IMG/VR virus record: IMGVR_UViG_3300035670_000137
Span: 12,782 to 76,781 of that record
Source: a virus
DNA: 64,000 nucleotides
Strand: one strand, 5' to 3'
Below the pieces are notes generated by a model that saw only the letters and a list, made by a program, of their open reading frames with translations, was not told where the DNA came from and did no database searches. Positions 59,704-64,000 of the stretch are shown piece after piece (position 1 is the stretch's first letter; each line of letters starts with the position of its first letter). The translations under genes and the position numbers were made by a program.

Positions 59704-60445
59704 AAAAACTAAAAAGTGGACCGACGAAGCCGTTGAGCAACTTCTTTCTATCGCTGGTAATGAGTCCCCAGTATCTGTAAATGCAGTTGAGAAGGCTGCT
59801 GAAGTTCTAGGCTTCACTACTCGTTCTGTTGCCGCTAAGCTGCGTCAGCTTGACAAGGAAGTAGCTTCTATGGCTAAGGAAAAGGTTTCCGCTTTTAGCG
59901 AAGCCGAAGGTGCTGAACTTGCTGCATTCGTTAATGCAAACGAAGGTCAGTATACTTATAAGGAAATTGCAGAGAAGTTTGCCGATGGCAAATTCAATGC
60001 AAAGCAAATCCAGGGTAAGATTCTAGCCCTTGAATTGACTGCTAGCGTTAAGCCCGCTGAAAAGGTTGAAGTTGCTCGCACTTACAGCGAAGCCGAAGAA
60101 GCCAAGTTTGTTGATATGGTTAAGAAGGGCAAGTTCATTGAGGAAATCGCCTCTGCACTTGGCAAGTCCCTTCCTAGTGTTCGTGGTAAGGCTCTTAGCC
60201 TTCTTCGCAGCGGCGAAATCGACAAGATTCCTGCTCAGAAAGAAAGCCATGCTAAGGAGTCTGGTGACCCCGTTGACGCACTAGGCAATGATATCGTTAA
60301 CATGACTGTTGCTGATATCGCTAAGGCTGTTGATAAGACCGAACGTGGTGTTCGTACCCTTCTAACTCGTCGTGGTATCTCCGTTAAGGATTACGATGGC
60401 GCTGGCAAGAAGGCTAAGGCTGAAGGTAAGGCTGCTAAGGCCTGA
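59696..60445 (+). CDS. T5 D5-like DNA-binding transcription regulator
   Basis: GQYTY.EIA...F.AKQIQGKIL.LE.TASVKP, RGKALSLLR, ERGV...L.RRG...KDYDGA; position after ligB as in T5. Confidence 0.88.
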   Translation: MTEKTKKWTDEAVEQLLSIAGNESPVSVNAVEKAAEVLGFTTRSVAAKLRQLDKEVASMAKEKVSAFSEAEGAELAAFVNANEGQYTYKEIAEKFADGKFNAKQIQGKILALELTASVKPAEKVEVARTYSEAEEAKFVDMVKKGKFIEEIASALGKSLPSVRGKALSLLRSGEIDKIPAQKESHAKESGDPVDALGNDIVNMTVADIAKAVDKTERGVRTLLTRRGISVKDYDGAGKKAKAEGKAAKA

Positions 60446-60510
60446 TTAAATCAGGATTGATAAGTGGGGAGGAGTTGCAAAGCTCTTCCCCATTTTTTAT
60501 GGGAATTAAG

Positions 60511-60810
60511 ATGCGAGTAACTGTAAATTACCACGATAATGAATCACTTCTAGTAGAAGAAATCATTAAGCAAGCTAAACTAAACTATGGCGCTGTTGCG
60601 TCAGTTACTGTCTCGCCCGAATCCGATACCCCATTAGATCATCTATACTTTGCTATTCAGCGATATATTACTGGAAAGCATATTACGCTACTTTATGAAA
60701 GTGGCCCTACTTACCAAAAAGATTTAGAACTACTTCGTGCAGAAACTATCTATAAGTTAGGAGAGATACTGGACGAGGTTATTATGGACAATGAATCGAA
60801 AATAGCCTGA
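60511..60810 (+). CDS. Hypothetical protein
   Basis: ORF between D5 and helicase. Confidence 0.65.
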   Translation: MRVTVNYHDNESLLVEEIIKQAKLNYGAVASVTVSPESDTPLDHLYFAIQRYITGKHITLLYESGPTYQKDLELLRAETIYKLGEILDEVIMDNESKIA

Positions 60811-60817
60811 GGTAATA

Positions 60818-62200
60818 ATGGATATCAGTGCAGTAGTATTACATAAACTACTGACAGAGCAAAATCTAGACCTCTGGGCTAAATTACGTCTATCCTTTTT
60901 AGATTCTGCATATAGTTCTGTATATAGTGCGATTTCTCGCCATTACAGTAAATATAATACACTTCCTAGTTTTGAAGATTTAGAAGTATCTCTAAGAGAG
61001 GGCGCTACTAGCAAAGCAGTAGCAGCACTTAAACTTATTGAAGCAGACGAAATTAGTGCAGAAGTAGCACTAGATGCTCTAATAGATCAGTATACACAAA
61101 ACGAAACGATTAAACTATTAGATAGATTTGTAGATAAACTACCGCTATATGACACAGTAGAAATTAAAGATAACCTGGCTAACATCGTTCTTACACTAGA
61201 TGAAAAGACCCTTACAACAGAGGGCGTATTTAGTATGAATGATATTATGCTATTCCAGCAAGATGACGAACGCGCTAGAAATAGAGTATTCCTTGGCCTT
61301 AACAATACCTTCGATGCTGTACTAGGTGGAGTGGCTAGGCAAGAGCTTATTCTTATTGGTGGTAAGCGTGGATCTGGTAAATCGTTGACTGTTAATAACT
61401 TGATGGTAAATCAGTATGAAATGGGTAATTCCTGCTTATACTTCTCCATTGAAATGACAGGATATGAAACACTAGAACGCACAATGTCTATTCTGGCTGG
61501 AGTTAATCACCAGAACCTAAAGCAGAACAAGCTCACGGAAGAAGAAGTTCTTCGCCTTGTAAAGGCACGTGCATCTATGTTTCAGGATGCCGATGAACTC
61601 GTTCTTAACTTTATGAAGAATAAAGATAGGTATGAGTTTGAACGAAAGCTAGTAAAAGAGAAGCAGCTAAAGTCAGACAATCAGATGGTAATTATTGATG
61701 ATCGCGCATTAAGTCTTACTAGTGTAGATTTACATATTGGTAAGATGAAAGCAAAGTTCGGAGATAAACTATCTCTAGTTGTAGTAGATTACCTTAATCA
61801 GATAGTTATTGAAGGCGGATTCAGTCAGTTCGATTGGCAGCCTCAAGTAATTATTAGTAAGAAACTAAAAGAAATAGCTCGCAAGTATGACGTCGTGTTG
61901 GTATCCCCATACCAAATTGACGCTAGTGGAGAGGCTAGATTCGCTAAAGGTATTCTGGATGCTGCTGACATTGCTCTAACTATGGAGGCTCACGATAAAG
62001 ATCACGGTGCTGTTAGTTTTGATACTAGCAAGATTCGTGGTGGTCGTGAAATGAAGTTTACTTCTCCAATAGATTGGGAAACTCTACGTATCAGTCCAAC
62101 ACCAATTGACGCTCCAATCAAAAAAGAAACAATTAAAAAAGCTGGTGGTAAGAAAGCTAAAACAGATGAAGATGCAACAGACTTGCCATGGGATGCCTAA
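60818..62200 (+). CDS. Replicative DnaB-like helicase (T5 D6-like)
   Basis: GGKRGSGKS Walker A, FSIEM, VVVDYLNQ, PYQ, K.R. Confidence 0.93.
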   Translation: MDISAVVLHKLLTEQNLDLWAKLRLSFLDSAYSSVYSAISRHYSKYNTLPSFEDLEVSLREGATSKAVAALKLIEADEISAEVALDALIDQYTQNETIKLLDRFVDKLPLYDTVEIKDNLANIVLTLDEKTLTTEGVFSMNDIMLFQQDDERARNRVFLGLNNTFDAVLGGVARQELILIGGKRGSGKSLTVNNLMVNQYEMGNSCLYFSIEMTGYETLERTMSILAGVNHQNLKQNKLTEEEVLRLVKARASMFQDADELVLNFMKNKDRYEFERKLVKEKQLKSDNQMVIIDDRALSLTSVDLHIGKMKAKFGDKLSLVVVDYLNQIVIEGGFSQFDWQPQVIISKKLKEIARKYDVVLVSPYQIDASGEARFAKGILDAADIALTMEAHDKDHGAVSFDTSKIRGGREMKFTSPIDWETLRISPTPIDAPIKKETIKKAGGKKAKTDEDATDLPWDA

Positions 62201-63094
62201 ATGTCAGAATTTGTCGAAAGCCTACTAAAAGAAAAAGGTATTTACTATAACTACTCAGGTGCTGATGTACTTGTTAAGTGTTTAAATCCAGACCATGATG
62301 ATTCCAACCCGTCACTTCGCATAGACAAAGTGACGGGTGCTTTTCATTGTTTTTCCTGTGGTTTTAAAGGTAATATCTTTAGATACTTTGGTGTTCTTAC
62401 TAACCAGTCGTTTCTTAAAGTAGCAAAATTAAAAGAAAAGCTAAAGCAGTTAAAAATTGATAAAGACGGGCTAGAAATACCACCAGTATCAATTCCATAT
62501 ACTCGTAGTTATAGAGGCATATCTGCCGCAACACTTAAAAGATTTGAAGCGTTCTATCTTCCAGGCGAAAGTAAAGAAATGCGTGGATTTGAAGATAGAA
62601 TTATTTTTCCAATACGAGATATTACTAATAAGATAGTAATGTTCTTAGGAAGGCATACACTATCAGATGGCAATCCTAGATATCTTAATTTTCCTAGCGG
62701 TGTTAGTGTTCCTTTATTTCCTAATAGATTGGTAGTTCGCAGGAATTCTATAATACTGGTTGAAGGCATATTTGATATGTTAAATTGCCAAGATAAGGGA
62801 TTAGATAACACAGTCTGTACATTTGGTACTAATACATTAGCAAAAACTGCCAAAGAGAAATTACTTCCATTTCGTGCCCAAGGCGTTAGTAAGATTTATA
62901 TAATGTTTGACGGTGACGAAGCAGGAAGAAAAGCGGCCAAAGAATTAAAACCGATTATTGAAGCATTAGAATATGAGTGTGAGATCATACAGCTAGAGGA
63001 CGATCAAGATCCTGGTGAAATGTCTCAAGAGTATGTAGATAGTATAGAGGAATATGTAAATGCGAATAGCACTAATAGACAAGGCTCCGAATAG
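62201..63094 (+). CDS. DNA primase
   Basis: CHC2 zinc finger (CLNPDH.D..PS...HCFSCG), RIIFP, VEG.FD, FDGD.AG Toprim. Confidence 0.94.
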   Translation: MSEFVESLLKEKGIYYNYSGADVLVKCLNPDHDDSNPSLRIDKVTGAFHCFSCGFKGNIFRYFGVLTNQSFLKVAKLKEKLKQLKIDKDGLEIPPVSIPYTRSYRGISAATLKRFEAFYLPGESKEMRGFEDRIIFPIRDITNKIVMFLGRHTLSDGNPRYLNFPSGVSVPLFPNRLVVRRNSIILVEGIFDMLNCQDKGLDNTVCTFGTNTLAKTAKEKLLPFRAQGVSKIYIMFDGDEAGRKAAKELKPIIEALEYECEIIQLEDDQDPGEMSQEYVDSIEEYVNANSTNRQGSE

Positions 63095-64000
63095 AACTAA
63101 GTATGATAATTTCTTCGAATTTGAATTCGATCATTATCATCTATGCTCAGAACCTAAGCAAAAGATTCTGAAGGCAGATGTAGATATTCAAATTAATACT
63201 GATGAGTATGATTTTGTAATTCTTGTAGGTGCAGAACCTACAAAACATTTTGCCAAGACTAGTGTTACTAATGCTGCTGGATTACTCGTCGATGATAAGT
63301 GGCTACCCATTAGCAATCCTGCTATGTTAGCTTTTAGGCCTGAGGGTAAGCCTGACTTTGAACGAGCAGTAGCACAAATTAATAAGTATATATCTGGAGA
63401 AATTACCAATACAGCGGTAACTGGTGATTTCAAAGGAATCCAAGATGAAGAAGAAGCATATGAATTTCTGCAAGAAGTATTCAATAGCGGCGCAACCGCG
63501 GTCGCGATGGATACGGAAACAACGGCGCTTTATCCGCGTGACGGGTATGTACTCGGGATTAGTATTTCGTACAAATCTAAGCACGGCAGATATATTGACA
63601 GCGATGTACTCAGTGAACGCTGTATATCTATGCTGCAATCTATCTGCGATAAGTACCAAATAGTATTCCATAATCGTAAGTTTGACGAAAAGATGCTTAG
63701 TTATCACTTTGGCTTGAAGTTTAAAGCCAATTGTGATGATACTATGGTAGAGCACTATGTTCTAGACGAGACAGAAGGAACACACGGGCTAAAAGCATTA
63801 GCTATTAAATTCACTGATTACGGTGAGTATGATAAAGCTCTAGATGAGTTTAGGGAAGAGTACTGTAAAGCTCATGGAGTACTAAAAGATGACTTTACAT
63901 ATGATCTAATTCCTTTTGATATTATTAGCACATATGCCGCAATTGATACCGCGGTTACACTAGAACTACATAACAAGTTTAAGCCGATTATTGATAAGTC
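63060..64000 (+). CDS. DNA polymerase (T5-like family A), N-terminal part
   Basis: MRIALIDKAP start; exonuclease motifs DTETT, HN.KFD, DDTM..HY.LDE, YAA.D; runs off window. Confidence 0.92.
   Translation, partial: MRIALIDKAPNRTKYDNFFEFEFDHYHLCSEPKQKILKADVDIQINTDEYDFVILVGAEPTKHFAKTSVTNAAGLLVDDKWLPISNPAMLAFRPEGKPDFERAVAQINKYISGEITNTAVTGDFKGIQDEEEAYEFLQEVFNSGATAVAMDTETTALYPRDGYVLGISISYKSKHGRYIDSDVLSERCISMLQSICDKYQIVFHNRKFDEKMLSYHFGLKFKANCDDTMVEHYVLDETEGTHGLKALAIKFTDYGEYDKALDEFREEYCKAHGVLKDDFTYDLIPFDIISTYAAIDTAVTLELHNKFKPIIDK

Overview
This window is part of a T5-like lytic siphophage genome (Demerecviridae-type gene order), probably infecting a proteobacterium. From left to right it contains: (1) 1-19.4 kb, minus strand: the late morphogenesis and packaging operon. 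It includes the tape measure, tail chaperones with a -1 frameshift, tail tube, terminator/completion proteins, a fused protease-capsid gene, portal, HNH nickase, TerL and TerS, a TPR-glycosyltransferase and several GIY-YIG homing endonucleases. (2) ~19.5-27.4 kb: a probable pre-early/terminal-repeat region with four A2-like paralogues. Its intergenic spacers are built from a repeated cassette of paired IHF-consensus sites, sigma54 -24/-12 sites, CCWGG, LysR-type boxes and a sigma70 promoter. (3) ~28.6-51 kb: an early accessory region very rich in RNA genes. It has 25 tRNAs (one Leu-UAA split by a group I intron encoding an HNH nuclease), several non-canonical tRNA-like RNAs, a permuted two-piece tmRNA, a hammerhead ribozyme, long ORF-free structured tracts, and a Ro60/TROVE gene with four Y-RNA-like elements sharing one motif. 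(4) 51-64 kb: ThyX, a GC-richer block of temperate-phage-like small ORFs, and the T5-type replication module (split ligase, D5, helicase, primase, DNA polymerase). The best candidates for undescribed systems are the Ro60 + multi-Y-RNA module embedded in an RNA rescue toolkit, and the IHF/sigma54/LysR cassette array of the pre-early region. All calls were made by eye; no searches or folding programs were run.
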